From a virus: a stretch of DNA of 64,000 nt. The notes under the pieces are model-generated. The model did no database searches and had not been told where the DNA came from. It saw only the letters and a program-made list of their open reading frames with translations. The stretch is from positions 32,001 through 96,000 of the IMG/VR virus record IMGVR_UViG_3300017782_000002. One strand, given 5' to 3'. The translations under genes were made by a program, and so were the position numbers. Of the stretch, positions 45,818 to 57,900 are shown piece after piece (within the stretch, counting starts at the first letter, position 1; each line of letters begins with the position of its first letter).

Positions 45818-48703
45818 ATGAAAGTAAAAATAGGAAATTTACCAGAAGGTTTTAAAATTGTTAATGGCAAAGTTGTAAGAACAATGAAAGCAGGTGGTAC
45901 TGTTAACAATACTTTAGGACCAATGAACAGAGAAGATGCTAACCTTGAAGCAGAAAAAGGTGAAACAGCTTTGACAGACCTTACTAATGATGGTTCTTTT
46001 GAACTATATAATATAGGAGGTAAAAGACATTATGATGGTGGTACTCCATTAAATCTACCAGAACAAAGTTTTGTGTTTTCTGACACACGCAAAATGAAAT
46101 TTACAACAGAAGAATTAAAACAATTAGGTATTGATTCTAAAAAGAAAATGACTCCTGCAAAAGTATCTAAAAGATTTCCTTTAAATAAATACATTGAAAT
46201 TTTAGAAAATCCTGATTCAGATAAAATAGCTGTAGAAACTGCAGAGGATATGTTAAACAAAAACAAAGTAAAATTATCTCAAATAGCTTTCTTACAAGAA
46301 CAAAAAAAGAAATTTGCTGACGGAGTACCTTTAGCTGCATATCCTTATATGATAGAAAACGGAATAAACCCACAAGAGTTTGAAGCAAAACTACAACAAG
46401 GGCAACAGCAAATGGCAATGGGTCCTGATATGAACGCATTACAACAATTTACAGGAGGCCCACAAATGAGTGTAGGTGGAGGTACAGATAACCCTGGCTT
46501 TAGAGCATTACCTGATTTTGTACAATCTAAAATATTAAAGAATGCTGGTATGGGTGGAGAAGAAACACATACAATGCCAGATGGTACAGTACACCCTGGA
46601 GCAACACATGAAGAGTACATGGCTATGATGCAACAAGGGCAAAGTAATATGTACAAAATGGGAGGATCAGCTATATGCCCTACGTGTGGTAAAAAATTAC
46701 CATGCGGGTGTAAATATAAAATGGGGGGATCCCCTTTTGAAGAAAACCCTCTTAAAAGATTTACTGAAGGTGGTGCACCTGAAGAAATGTTAGGAATGCC
46801 ATCAAGACAAGGTAGGTTATCTGATAGTCAAATTGCTTTGCAGAACATCATGATGTATAGACAAAAGCTTATGGATGAGTATGAATCTACTGCAGCATAC
46901 GTAAATGATAATCCTAATGTCTTAGCAGATCCTGAAAAAGCTAATGAATTAAAAGCATCTATACAAACAATGGAGACTCAGTTGCGTGAAATAGATATAC
47001 AAACACAATCTATACAACAGAGTATGATGCAACAAAGCTTGCAAGTAAATCCTTTTGAAGGTATGCGTGGTGTAGAGCCGCAACAACAAATGGCTCAATT
47101 TGGTAAAGAATTAACTGGATCAGATGCTTGGGGTTATGGTGGAGATGATGCAGATGGTAATCCTATTATTGGTAGTAGTGAACCTGTACAAGAAACATAT
47201 AATCCAAAGCAAACTGGTTATGAATCTCATGCAAAAGCATTTGATATTATGTCTAGTAAAGATTTTGATCCAGTTAGAAAACTTTGGTTAGATAAATATA
47301 AAGAAGAAGCTGCTAAGAATACTACAGGAAAAAATAGATGGGTTTCAAAAAAATCAGATGGAACAGCATATACGGACGCTGAATTATTTCATATATTTAA
47401 TAGAATGAATCAATACCTTTCTGCTGTAAATGCTGGAGAAGGTAGAAACCCAGGTGAAGTTTTTGGAAAAAATGCAGCAGGTAATACAGATGAACTAGCT
47501 ATTAAATATGGATATGGTAATGCAAAACCTACACAAGAAGAGATTAGAATCTTTCAAGGTATGTATAAATCTTTAGATAATGCAAAAATTGAAGATGAAA
47601 CAGGTTTATTAGATCAAATTAATACTACACCTATAGGACAAGAACAAGAAGGAATGAAGAATGCCCTTGGTGAAAATGTATCTGATGTAGATGGTGCATT
47701 AGGTCACACAACAGGAGGCCAGTTTTATAGAGCAGAAAATCCAGATGAAACCAGTACTACTAATACTGAAGTGACAAATGAATGTGATGCAGAAACTAGG
47801 GCTAAAATCATGCAAGAATGTAAAGAGTTAAAATTAAATTTTGATCAAAAAACATGTAGTTGTGTACCTAAGCCTGATGATTTTGAAACACCTAAAACTC
47901 CTTTGTATGAAACATTCCCACAGGATGATCTTATTGTAGCAACTAAGTCAGCACAGTTAGCAGGATTAAAACAAATAAACCCTGTACTAGAACCTAGTGT
48001 TGATCCAACATTAATGAACCCTATGTATGTAGATCCTAGACAACAGCTGTCTGTTATAGAGGCTACTGCAGCAGAAGCTATTAGACAAAACCCAGATCAA
48101 GCTACAGCTATTATGAGTAAAATGCAAGATGCGTCTGAAGGAATTATTAATAAACATGAAAATCTAAATACAAAGATTTATAATAATGCACAAGCAATAA
48201 ACGTACCTTTGATTAATGATGCTGCTGAAGCTAATGCTTCAAAATTTAAAACCTTTATGGATGAAAGTAATGCTTCTGCAGAAAATTTCCAAGTTGCAAA
48301 TATGGAAATGACAGACAACTTAGTAAATGCTGTTAATGATCAAATGAGTAATGCGGATCAACAGTACATGGAAAATTTAAAAAATCCACAATTCTGGTAT
48401 AGTCCGCAAGCACATAATATTGAATACTATAATCCAAAAGGTTTTGACGGTAACACTGGGCAACCTACAACTGATAGCATGTTAGCTTATGAGGAGTATA
48501 AAGCTTTAGCTGATAAAGATCCAGTTTTTGCTGAGAAGTATTTTGATAAAATATATAAACCTAAGAAAAATCCTGCAGATGAAGTTAATATAACTAGAAA
48601 CAATGCGCAAGAAACAGTAAAGTATGGAAAAGAAACTTCACGTAAAAGAGACTTACTTAGAAGCAAGAGAGAATTAAGAAAATGGATTTTAGGATACAAA
48701 TAA
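45818..48703 (+). CDS. Virion cargo protein, crAss-like cargo-1 type
   Basis: ANLEAEKGE..IGGKRHYDGGTPLNLPEQSFVFSD resembles, from recall, the conserved N-terminal domain of the crAss-like post-muzzle cargo protein. Position fits. Confidence 0.6.
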   Translation: MKVKIGNLPEGFKIVNGKVVRTMKAGGTVNNTLGPMNREDANLEAEKGETALTDLTNDGSFELYNIGGKRHYDGGTPLNLPEQSFVFSDTRKMKFTTEELKQLGIDSKKKMTPAKVSKRFPLNKYIEILENPDSDKIAVETAEDMLNKNKVKLSQIAFLQEQKKKFADGVPLAAYPYMIENGINPQEFEAKLQQGQQQMAMGPDMNALQQFTGGPQMSVGGGTDNPGFRALPDFVQSKILKNAGMGGEETHTMPDGTVHPGATHEEYMAMMQQGQSNMYKMGGSAICPTCGKKLPCGCKYKMGGSPFEENPLKRFTEGGAPEEMLGMPSRQGRLSDSQIALQNIMMYRQKLMDEYESTAAYVNDNPNVLADPEKANELKASIQTMETQLREIDIQTQSIQQSMMQQSLQVNPFEGMRGVEPQQQMAQFGKELTGSDAWGYGGDDADGNPIIGSSEPVQETYNPKQTGYESHAKAFDIMSSKDFDPVRKLWLDKYKEEAAKNTTGKNRWVSKKSDGTAYTDAELFHIFNRMNQYLSAVNAGEGRNPGEVFGKNAAGNTDELAIKYGYGNAKPTQEEIRIFQGMYKSLDNAKIEDETGLLDQINTTPIGQEQEGMKNALGENVSDVDGALGHTTGGQFYRAENPDETSTTNTEVTNECDAETRAKIMQECKELKLNFDQKTCSCVPKPDDFETPKTPLYETFPQDDLIVATKSAQLAGLKQINPVLEPSVDPTLMNPMYVDPRQQLSVIEATAAEAIRQNPDQATAIMSKMQDASEGIINKHENLNTKIYNNAQAINVPLINDAAEANASKFKTFMDESNASAENFQVANMEMTDNLVNAVNDQMSNADQQYMENLKNPQFWYSPQAHNIEYYNPKGFDGNTGQPTTDSMLAYEEYKALADKDPVFAEKYFDKIYKPKKNPADEVNITRNNAQETVKYGKETSRKRDLLRSKRELRKWILGYK

Positions 48704-48750
48704 ATATTAAAAGTTTATAAATATGAATCCTATACATCATAAAAATTTAG

Positions 48751-48758
48751 TAATTTTG
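48751..48758 (+). promoter_or_regulatory. Bacteroidota sigma-A -7 element TAATTTTG
   Basis: Exact TAnnTTTG match, 4 nt upstream of the ATG at 48763, which would give a near-leaderless transcript if used. Confidence 0.45.
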
Positions 48759-48762
48759 TAAT

Positions 48763-51700
48763 ATGGCAACTTACCTACCAAATGTAAATAAATACGTATC
48801 TAAGACGGAGTCTTTTACTCCTAATTTTAAATTCATTTCTGACGCATTAGCACAGAGACAAGACAGATATGATACTAACTATAGAAAGATGAATAATCTT
48901 TATGGTAGTGTTGTTCATGCTGATCTTACTAGACAGGATAATAAAGACATTAGAGATAACTATGCAAAAGAACTTGCACCTAAACTACAACAAATATCAG
49001 GAGTAGATTTTTCTTTGCAACAAAATGTAGATGCAGCTAAAGCATTATTTACACCATTCTTTAATGATGATAAAATGGTTAGAGATATTGTATTTACAAA
49101 AAGACATCAATCAGAAATACAAAAATTTCAAAATTGGAGACAAAGTAATGATGAAGAAACAAGAAAGAAATACTGGGATGAAGGTGTACAAAACCTTAAT
49201 TACAGTTTAGCTGATTTCCAAAAAGGTTCTAGAGATGATTCTATGAACGTACAATTACCAGAAGCTGTAGAAAACATTAACCTTATTGAGATGGGTATAA
49301 ATGCTCTTAAAGAATTAGGTATAAGTGATGAACAAGTTAGCTTTGATGCAACTGGTAATTATATGATTACACAAAAAAATGGTTCAGCTTTAACTAAAAG
49401 AGCTATAGGTAAAAATGAAAAAGGTGATATGGTTTATACAAACCCTGCTCAAGAGTTAATTTTACAAATGACTATGGATGATCCTAGAGTACAAAGATAT
49501 TACCAAACAAAATTTTATGTAAAAGCTAGACAGTTCTATGAAGCTAATGCTGAAAAGTATGGTGGTGAAGAAGCTGCTAAAAAAGTATTTGCTGATGATA
49601 TGTTATCACAATACTTTCAAGATTATGAAAAACAAAAAATTGGAAAAGAAACAGAAGTAAAGACTGCTACTGAAGCCAAGAATGATTGGGAAGCATATAG
49701 AAAAAAACATGGAAATTTTGTTCCAGGATCACAAGAAGAATTAGATTATAGTAGAGCTAAAGAAGAATACATACTTATAAAAAATGGCAGAAAGTTAGAA
49801 GATAAGCACCATGGTTTAGTATCTGGTGAATCTGAAAATATAGATGACATGTTTAAAAAAGCTGGTCAAGCTTATATGATGCATAACATAAACACTGATA
49901 CAAGAGAAGCTGCTAAGTTTTATTCAATGATTGATGCAAAACAAACTATAAAAGCTGACGAGTTTGCTTTAAAAAACCATCAGCATAAATTAAACATGAT
50001 AGAAAAAGAATTTCAAAATGCTTTAAACATTATGAAAGATAAAGGTTGGCAGCAAGATCAAAATGGTAATTGGGTGCCATTACCTTGGGCTGACTTAGGG
50101 GGTAACAATAGTAATAATACAGAAGGTCAGGATGTTGGAGTTAATTATTTTATGGGAGGTCAAGGCACTGATGTTGTAGCAGGAGATGCTGAAGAAACAA
50201 TGCCGGTTGCTGATGGTGAATCAGATCCTATAGCAGATAATGCTGTTGCAATTAATAATAAAATTCAAGGTATTAATGAAACAAGATGGAGCTCTATAGA
50301 ACAGTATTATTCTAGAAAGTCTGCTGACATAAGTGATGATGATAACACTATGATGGCAGAAGGTATGAAAGTAGATGGTCAACTTTTATCATGGAAAGAA
50401 GCAAGAGAATATTATTTAGATCCTGCAAATAAGGATAAATTAAAAGAACTATATAATTCTGTAGAAAATGTTTTAGATGGTAATACTACAGGACCTGGTT
50501 TACAAAAAAGTGATCCACAACTTTATTATCAATTAAAAAAGAATAAAGGTAAAATTGAATCTGATGCTGTAGCAGTGTTTGTAACTAGAGATAAACAAAA
50601 TGAAATTACACAAAATGTAATTGATTTATTAGTTGCTAACAATGAGATTACTCCTGCACAAGCAAATTTATTAAATGCTTATCCTTTATTTAATAGACAA
50701 GGGGAAATGCAAGAGCCAGAAGAAGTAGTAGGTAAAATGCAATCAGATTTTACAAACTGGTATAAGGAAATAGAACCTAATTTACCATTCTATAGACCTA
50801 GTCAATTATCTAATCAAGAAACAGAAGCATATGAACAAGTTGCTAGACAATTTGGTTTTCAAGGTGTAGATGCTTTATTAGATGCTTTATATCCTTATAA
50901 CGTCCGTACAGGAGATAATATAAAAGTAAACGGTAACCAAGGTTCATCTGGAGTTGTTAGCATTGATTTTGCTGCTGGTAAACACTTTAAAAACATGTAT
51001 GATGAAGTATTTGGTAGAGACAGTGCAGTAGATCTTTTTAATGATATAAAAACTAAAGTTAATAAAAGGATGACTAATGCTAATGCAATACCAGGAGTTA
51101 CCTCTTTTAACGCTGCATCAATGCTAACTAATCAAGAACAAGGGGGAATAGGAGGTACTATATATAATAAATACAAATCAGAATATATTAATGGTCAAGT
51201 TAATCCTGCAGCTAACACACAGTTCCGTTTATTAAATGAGTTGCTTAAACAACCAAAACAAAACTATAGTGTAACTATAGGAGATGCAAGTGGAGAATAT
51301 ACAGCGGAAAATAATCCAGAAGCATTAACTATATTAGATCAAATAATTAAAGATACAAAAAGAAAACCTGGTGATTTTACTAAAGGTAAAGGACCTAATG
51401 TAACTTTAACTTGGTCTGAAGTACTAGGAGGTCCAGAAGGTAAAGGTAATCATAGTGGTTGGGTTTTAACTTTAGGAAACGATTATGCAGATCATTTAGA
51501 AACTACACTAGGACCTATATTTGATGTAAAAGATAATAAGATTACTGTATTTGCTAGTAAAGAATTTGGTCAAAATAATCCTAACGCTGTAAAAAATACT
51601 TATGTATCAGCTACAGAATTTATGGTTGATTTAAACAAATCTAGAATTATAGAAAGTGATGGAGGTTCAGTAATGTTTTATAGAAACAGCAATGGTCAAA

Positions 51701-51906
51701 TGATGCACAAGTATCGTTTAGCAACTTATAATAAAGAATTAGGGCAACTAGAATTATCAGATTATAGTGAACCTCAAGTTATTCCTGCTGGTGGATATGC
51801 TGTTGATCAAGTGTATGAACTCTATGATCAAAGATTAGATCAACAAGAAATGACCAATCAAAGTGCAATTAATGCACACAAAAAAGAAAACCAACAAAGC
51901 AAATAA
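48763..51906 (+). CDS. Virion cargo/ejection protein (1047 aa)
   Basis: Helical protein directly upstream of the RNA polymerase gene; position matches crAss-like cargo proteins. Confidence 0.6.
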   Translation: MATYLPNVNKYVSKTESFTPNFKFISDALAQRQDRYDTNYRKMNNLYGSVVHADLTRQDNKDIRDNYAKELAPKLQQISGVDFSLQQNVDAAKALFTPFFNDDKMVRDIVFTKRHQSEIQKFQNWRQSNDEETRKKYWDEGVQNLNYSLADFQKGSRDDSMNVQLPEAVENINLIEMGINALKELGISDEQVSFDATGNYMITQKNGSALTKRAIGKNEKGDMVYTNPAQELILQMTMDDPRVQRYYQTKFYVKARQFYEANAEKYGGEEAAKKVFADDMLSQYFQDYEKQKIGKETEVKTATEAKNDWEAYRKKHGNFVPGSQEELDYSRAKEEYILIKNGRKLEDKHHGLVSGESENIDDMFKKAGQAYMMHNINTDTREAAKFYSMIDAKQTIKADEFALKNHQHKLNMIEKEFQNALNIMKDKGWQQDQNGNWVPLPWADLGGNNSNNTEGQDVGVNYFMGGQGTDVVAGDAEETMPVADGESDPIADNAVAINNKIQGINETRWSSIEQYYSRKSADISDDDNTMMAEGMKVDGQLLSWKEAREYYLDPANKDKLKELYNSVENVLDGNTTGPGLQKSDPQLYYQLKKNKGKIESDAVAVFVTRDKQNEITQNVIDLLVANNEITPAQANLLNAYPLFNRQGEMQEPEEVVGKMQSDFTNWYKEIEPNLPFYRPSQLSNQETEAYEQVARQFGFQGVDALLDALYPYNVRTGDNIKVNGNQGSSGVVSIDFAAGKHFKNMYDEVFGRDSAVDLFNDIKTKVNKRMTNANAIPGVTSFNAASMLTNQEQGGIGGTIYNKYKSEYINGQVNPAANTQFRLLNELLKQPKQNYSVTIGDASGEYTAENNPEALTILDQIIKDTKRKPGDFTKGKGPNVTLTWSEVLGGPEGKGNHSGWVLTLGNDYADHLETTLGPIFDVKDNKITVFASKEFGQNNPNAVKNTYVSATEFMVDLNKSRIIESDGGSVMFYRNSNGQMMHKYRLATYNKELGQLELSDYSEPQVIPAGGYAVDQVYELYDQRLDQQEMTNQSAINAHKKENQQSK

Positions 51907-51914
51907 ATAAGAGC

Positions 51915-54900
51915 ATGGCAGAAGAAAATCAAAATCTGAATCAACCAATGCCTAATGATGTTATGACGGGAACTCCTGACGTAAGCATAGGTACAAACAA
52001 CTGGGAAGATATTAAAGATTCTTTAGTGACAGGTTCAGAACCTGTAGATAGTTATGAGATAGAAGGTTTAGAAAATGCTGTAAAATTGCATAACATGGTT
52101 TCAAAATTTCCTGTTATACAGTCTACAGTTGCAGATGAACCAACTGCTGAAAGCGCAAGAGATGAAATTCTTGGTGGCGTTGTAAATCAGGTTATGGGTA
52201 ATATTGCAAGAACAGGTTCTCCTAATGAAGTTCAACCAGTGCGTTTTGGTTTAAAAAGTTCTAATTTTGATAGGTATTATAATCATCCAAAATTTAATGA
52301 ACTAGGATTTCATCCTTATGCTGATAATGAATTAAAATATAATGAAACATCTTCATGGTGGGATGAAAACAAAAGAGCAAGAGGTCAATTCTTAAACGTA
52401 TTTTCTACAGGCTTCTTAAGTACTTATAAATCTTTAGGTGATCTTATGGCAGGTAATTATTTATCTGGAGACCAAGAGTCAGCAGAAAATTTTGCTGATG
52501 CAATGAGAATAGGTAATTCAACTCAAGAAGGTGCTGGTGCTTTCTTTAACAATCTATTAGTAAACTCTGGTTATACATTTGGTATAATGGCTAACATAGC
52601 TGTAGAAGAACTTGCATTAGCTGGTTTAGAGTTAGCAACTTTTGGTGGTGCTACACCTTTAGTAGCTAGTAGAACTGCATACAATGCTGTTAGAGGTGGT
52701 AAAGCTATAGATAAAATGTTTGATGTTGGTGACTATTCTAATAAAAGTAGGAAGATGTTAAACCAAATGAAAAGTCTTGATTGGACAAAAGATTTTTGGC
52801 AAAGGGGTGGAAAATGGGCATCTAATGCTTTAACACCTAATACATATAAAGCATTAAAAAATATTAATAGTGTACAAAATGGAGCAACTTTACTTTCTAA
52901 CTCAGCTAAAGTAGCTAAAACATCAGGAGCATTATATAGAGATTTTAGAGCTGTTAACCTTGCTATGGCTGAATCTAAGTTAGAAGCAGGTATGGTTACA
53001 AATGATTTGATAGATGAATTATATCTTGAGTTTGTTAATAAACATGGTCGTGCTCCTGTAGGTGATGAGTTAATGAAAATAGTAAACAAAGGTGATGAAG
53101 CATCTTTTGTAACTACAATGTTAAATGCACCTGTTATATATTTCTCTAATGCAATTGTATTTGATACTATGCTAAGAGGTTTTAGAGGTACAGGTTCTTT
53201 ATTAGCTGCAGCACAAAAAGGTATAGGTAGTAGAGTATTAAAAAGCTCTGCTAAACAGATGGGTAAGAATGGTAGCAAGGCTTTTTATGATGGAGGTAAA
53301 ACTGCTTATAGAAGATTTATAAACAAAGGTCTTTCTGGTAATTTAAAAACATTTGCAGGAGCAGCATTAAATTATGGTCAAGCAAACATTGTAGAAGGTT
53401 TTCAAGAACTTACACAAGAAGGTATTGCTGTAGGTGCAAAAGATTATTACCGTAATTTATATAAAGACCCAATGGCTGCAGGTTTAGATGCTATAGCTGC
53501 TTCAACATATGCGGGAGCCAAATCACAAATGTCTGGACAAGGTTTTGAAGTATTTATGTCAGGTTTCTTAATGGGCGGTCTAGTAAGAGGACCACAAAAA
53601 TTAGTTTTTGAAAAAGGACCTGAATGGTATCAAAAGAAAACAGATCCTGAAGGATATGCAGAATATCAAAAAGCTAAAGAAGATTACATAAAAGAAACAG
53701 TAGATGTTCTTAATGAAGTATATGAAAACCCAGAAGAGTATTTCCACCCAGATAAAATTAATGCGTTAACACAAAAAGAGGTTAATGAGTCTTTGTTTTC
53801 TTCAACTTTTGCAGAAGACGCATTATCTTTTATGGATAAAAAAGATTCTGGAGTATTTAAACATTTATACACAGTTGTTGCTGCAGGTAAAATGCATGAG
53901 TTTAAAGGTCAAATGAAAGATTATCTGCAACTTGATGAAAAAGGATTAGCTGAAGCTTTTCCACATGCTACAAGTGAGGAAATAAAATCTGGAAAGACAA
54001 GAGAAAGAATTGAAACTATGTTAGATAGAATGGATAACATAGAAAAAAATTATTCTGAACTTAATGATAAAATAATAAATCCTTTTAACCCTAAGAAACA
54101 TAAGAAAGGAACTAAAGAACACTTTGAAGAAGCAATAAAAGCACAAGCATTTAATCATGCAAAAATGCTAGCAATGTTCACTAGAAATAGTTTTGAAAGA
54201 GCTTTAGAAAGATCAAATGAAATATACACAGAGTTGTCTAACAATCCTGTATTAGCTAAGATGGATGCTAATGATATTTCTGTGCTTGCTGACACAGCAC
54301 AGCTTATTCAAGAAATAAGAATATTAAAATTAGATATTAAAAATACAACTACACCAATTGAAGGTGAAGGTAAAATAACATTATCTGGAGAACAAAAAAC
54401 ATTACTTGAAAAGAAGAAAAAGAAATTAGAACTATTACAAAATTATTTTGGTACATTATCTGATCCTGAAAATATAGAAAAGTATGAAGCACCTGTAGGT
54501 AAAGCAGAAGAAAGCGAACAAGATGCTGAGTTTAATAGACTGTCAAATATAATAACAGGAGATGCAATTAAAAAAGTTAGAGAAGATGTACTAAGTACAA
54601 AAGTTATTACTGATGAAGTTTCTGAAAGATTAGTAAAGTATCAAGCTGGTACTGCAAATCCATTTGGTGTTTTTGATATAAACAATCAAGACAAATTAGA
54701 AGAGGTTGTTATGCCTTATCTAAATGAAATTGCTGGTACTACTAAAGATAATTTTATAAAGTATGATGATGTTAAAGATACTATTATAAAACTTATAGAT
54801 CACAAAGCATTAAAAGGTAGAGCAGAAGACTATAACAGAATAGTTAAAACAATACTAAACCCTGAGAATCTTGAAAATGTTTCTGAAAAAATTGCAATAG

Positions 54901-57900
54901 TATTTAAAGAACTATTCTTAGAGAACAAACGTGACGTTAAAGAAAGAATGAAAGCTCACGTAGCTCAAGAAGAAAAAATATCATTCTTAAAAAACTTGGC
55001 AGAATACGGAATATATCCAGATGCAGAACAAGCAGAAACTTTCTTAAAAGGAGGAGAAGCTCCCTTTGAATATTTAACAGAAGAAGGTGTACTAACACCA
55101 GACAGCAACTTAGAACTATCTGAGAAAAAAGATGAAATATTAGGTCATTACTTAAATCTTAGTGGCAATAAGATGCAAGGTGATAAGAAAAAAGAAAAGA
55201 AAGAAGAAGAAAAATCTGAAGAAAGTGATCCTTATAACTTTGAAAACACACACTTTGAAGAGAGTGAAGATGCAGAAGAAATTTCTGAAGGCTCTTTAGG
55301 TAAATATTTAGGTAACCGTTATGGAGACGCATACTTAGTTAAGAAGCACAAAGAATACTTAATTAGTAGAGAAGGAAAAAAAGGTAAAACATTAACAGAT
55401 CATGCTGAATGGTTAGCAGATCCAGTATCACTTAAAGCAAGAAAAGTAGAAAGTGGAATTAATAAAATACACGATAACATTTTTGTTGAAGAAAAACTTG
55501 TAGGTACATCTGATAAAACTTTTTATGGATGGTTAGCTACTATGCAAGGAGATCAAAGAGTATTAGACATTTTAAGAAGCGTTGATATTAGCATGTCAGA
55601 TATTCTAGAAGAAGTTGAAGACAGATCAGAAACTAAACAAAAAGTAGCTCCTTCTAAAGTTGAGTATAAAGTTGTAGAACAAACATACACAGATAAAGAT
55701 ACAGGTGAAAGATTTAAAACTTTTAATGTAGAAGATGATAAAGGTAATGTTGTAAACAAAAAACCTTTTAATAGTAAAAAAGAAGCTAGCTCTGAAAAAA
55801 GAACTATAGAGAAAAATAAAAAAACAAAAAAAGCTGAAAGTGCTGCTTTTACTTTTGCAGGAGTAGAATATAAAAAAGGTGATATACTTGTAGATCAAAA
55901 TGGAGACAAGTATATGGTATTCTCTACACCTAAGATGGTAGAAGATAATGATAACATATACATTAAGAAGTTAGATAAAATTTCTAGCAAGCTTAAAAAA
56001 GATAAAATGTTTTTAGATGAAACTTCTTTTAAAGAAATGAACCTAGAAACTGTGTCAGAAGAAAGCTTAGACTATAGAAACAGAGCTAGTAAAATTAAAC
56101 CACATGAACCGTTAACTATATTCCCTATATATAATAGAGATATAGTAAACAGAGATGATCAAATAGAAGAAGGTGTAACAAGATTACAAAATACATTAAG
56201 AAATTTAACTCCAGAGCAATCTAAAAAAATAACTTTTAGAGTTAGTCCTGGACCTAACTGGTTCCGTGCAGAAACAGAAGAGGCAAAACAAAACTTTAAA
56301 GAAGCTGTAGATGCTGTAGAAAATGAATTAATTAAAAGACATGGTCAAAAATGGCAAGTTGAAATTCAATTAAATGGAGAAACAATTGGTTTCTTTCAAG
56401 GACCTACCACACTAAAGCTAGTAAATAGAAAAGGGCAAAACATAAACCCTATGGAGATTACTGAATCTCAAGTACAAGATATATTTAAAGTATATAAAAA
56501 TCAAAAAATAGAAGATGTTACAAAACAAGTAAGAGATAATTATGTACAAGCTTATGGTATCTATGATAAGATAGATAAGTTAATGGAAGGTGTAGAGGGT
56601 GCTGAAGTCTTCTCACAAAAAGATTTATCTGTTAATGTAAACATAACTGATGGTGCAATGTCTATATCAGAACCAGGAGAAGGAGTAAGCTTTAAAGACT
56701 TAGATCATAATTCATTAGCTTTTGTAAATAAAGAAGATCTAATAGATCCTAATGAAAAGCCTTATTATATATTAGATTACAATAGACAATATAAAGAAGA
56801 CGGGAGTTTACCTACAAGTAAAGTAGAATTTAATGTTATAACTAATGTTAAAATAAATACACCATCAAGACAAAGACTTAAAGAAGAGACTAGAAAATAT
56901 GAAAATAAATTTAGTCCTAGAAAAAGATTTGGTAAATATATTGCTCTTGTAAATTTACCTAATGGTAGATCTGCTTATGTTAATCTTATTCCGTCAGCAA
57001 TGACTGAACAACAAGTTACAGGCTTGTTTACAGAAATGCAAAACAAATCTATAGATACTACTGAAAATAATATTGAAAATGGTGAAGTAAAAGCAGTAGG
57101 ATATAATAGAGCTTATAACAAAGACTTACAAACTAAAGTGTTTATAGGTGCTACACCAGGAGTTTATCTTGAAATGAAATTATCACAAGATGGTTCTTTT
57201 AGAATAGACTATTCTGATCTGACTATAAAGAAAGGAGCACCCTTACAAAAAGGTACTTTTCTAATTAAGGCTAAAGCATTCCAAGAGTTAAATGACATAC
57301 AAGAAGTATTAGACTCATTAAACAAAGAATTGTTTGGTAGTGAAAGTCCAGTAGAAGGTAAAGCACACATTACATTTGAAAGTTTTAGAAATGCTGTACC
57401 AAAAAATCCTACTATTGCAGACATACAAAATATGTCTACACAACTTAATAAAGAAGTTAAAAAAGATATAAACTTTTCTTTGTCATCTACAGACAACATT
57501 CATGTAACAAAGAGAAAGTTAGCTAAATCAGCACCAAAAGAAATAGCTAAAGATGCTGAGTCAATGACTACAGAAGAAAAAATGGAGTCATATAGAAGTG
57601 ATCATCAAAACATTGATCCAAAGATATTAGAAGACATTGCAAAAAAACAAAATGCAAACAAAGAACTTACAGATTTAGAGCAAGCTATAGTTGCTCAAAA
57701 CTTAGATGTACTTGCTGGTTTAAGACTAAAGTTTGCTACAAAACCTGTTTCTCAATCTAATACGGTAAGTGAAGCTACAAATCAAAACGCAGTTAGTGAG
57801 ATTAGAGATTTAACTGAAAAGATAAAAACAAGGAAAAGACAAATAAGAACAGAAAATAGAGAAAACCCTGAGAATGCAGAAAAATCTAACAGAGATATAA

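Noticed and set aside
49555-49569. KYGGEE in the 1047-aa cargo protein as another tag copy
   Set aside because: A single mid-helix occurrence with no visible domain boundary. It could be chance, so it was not counted.
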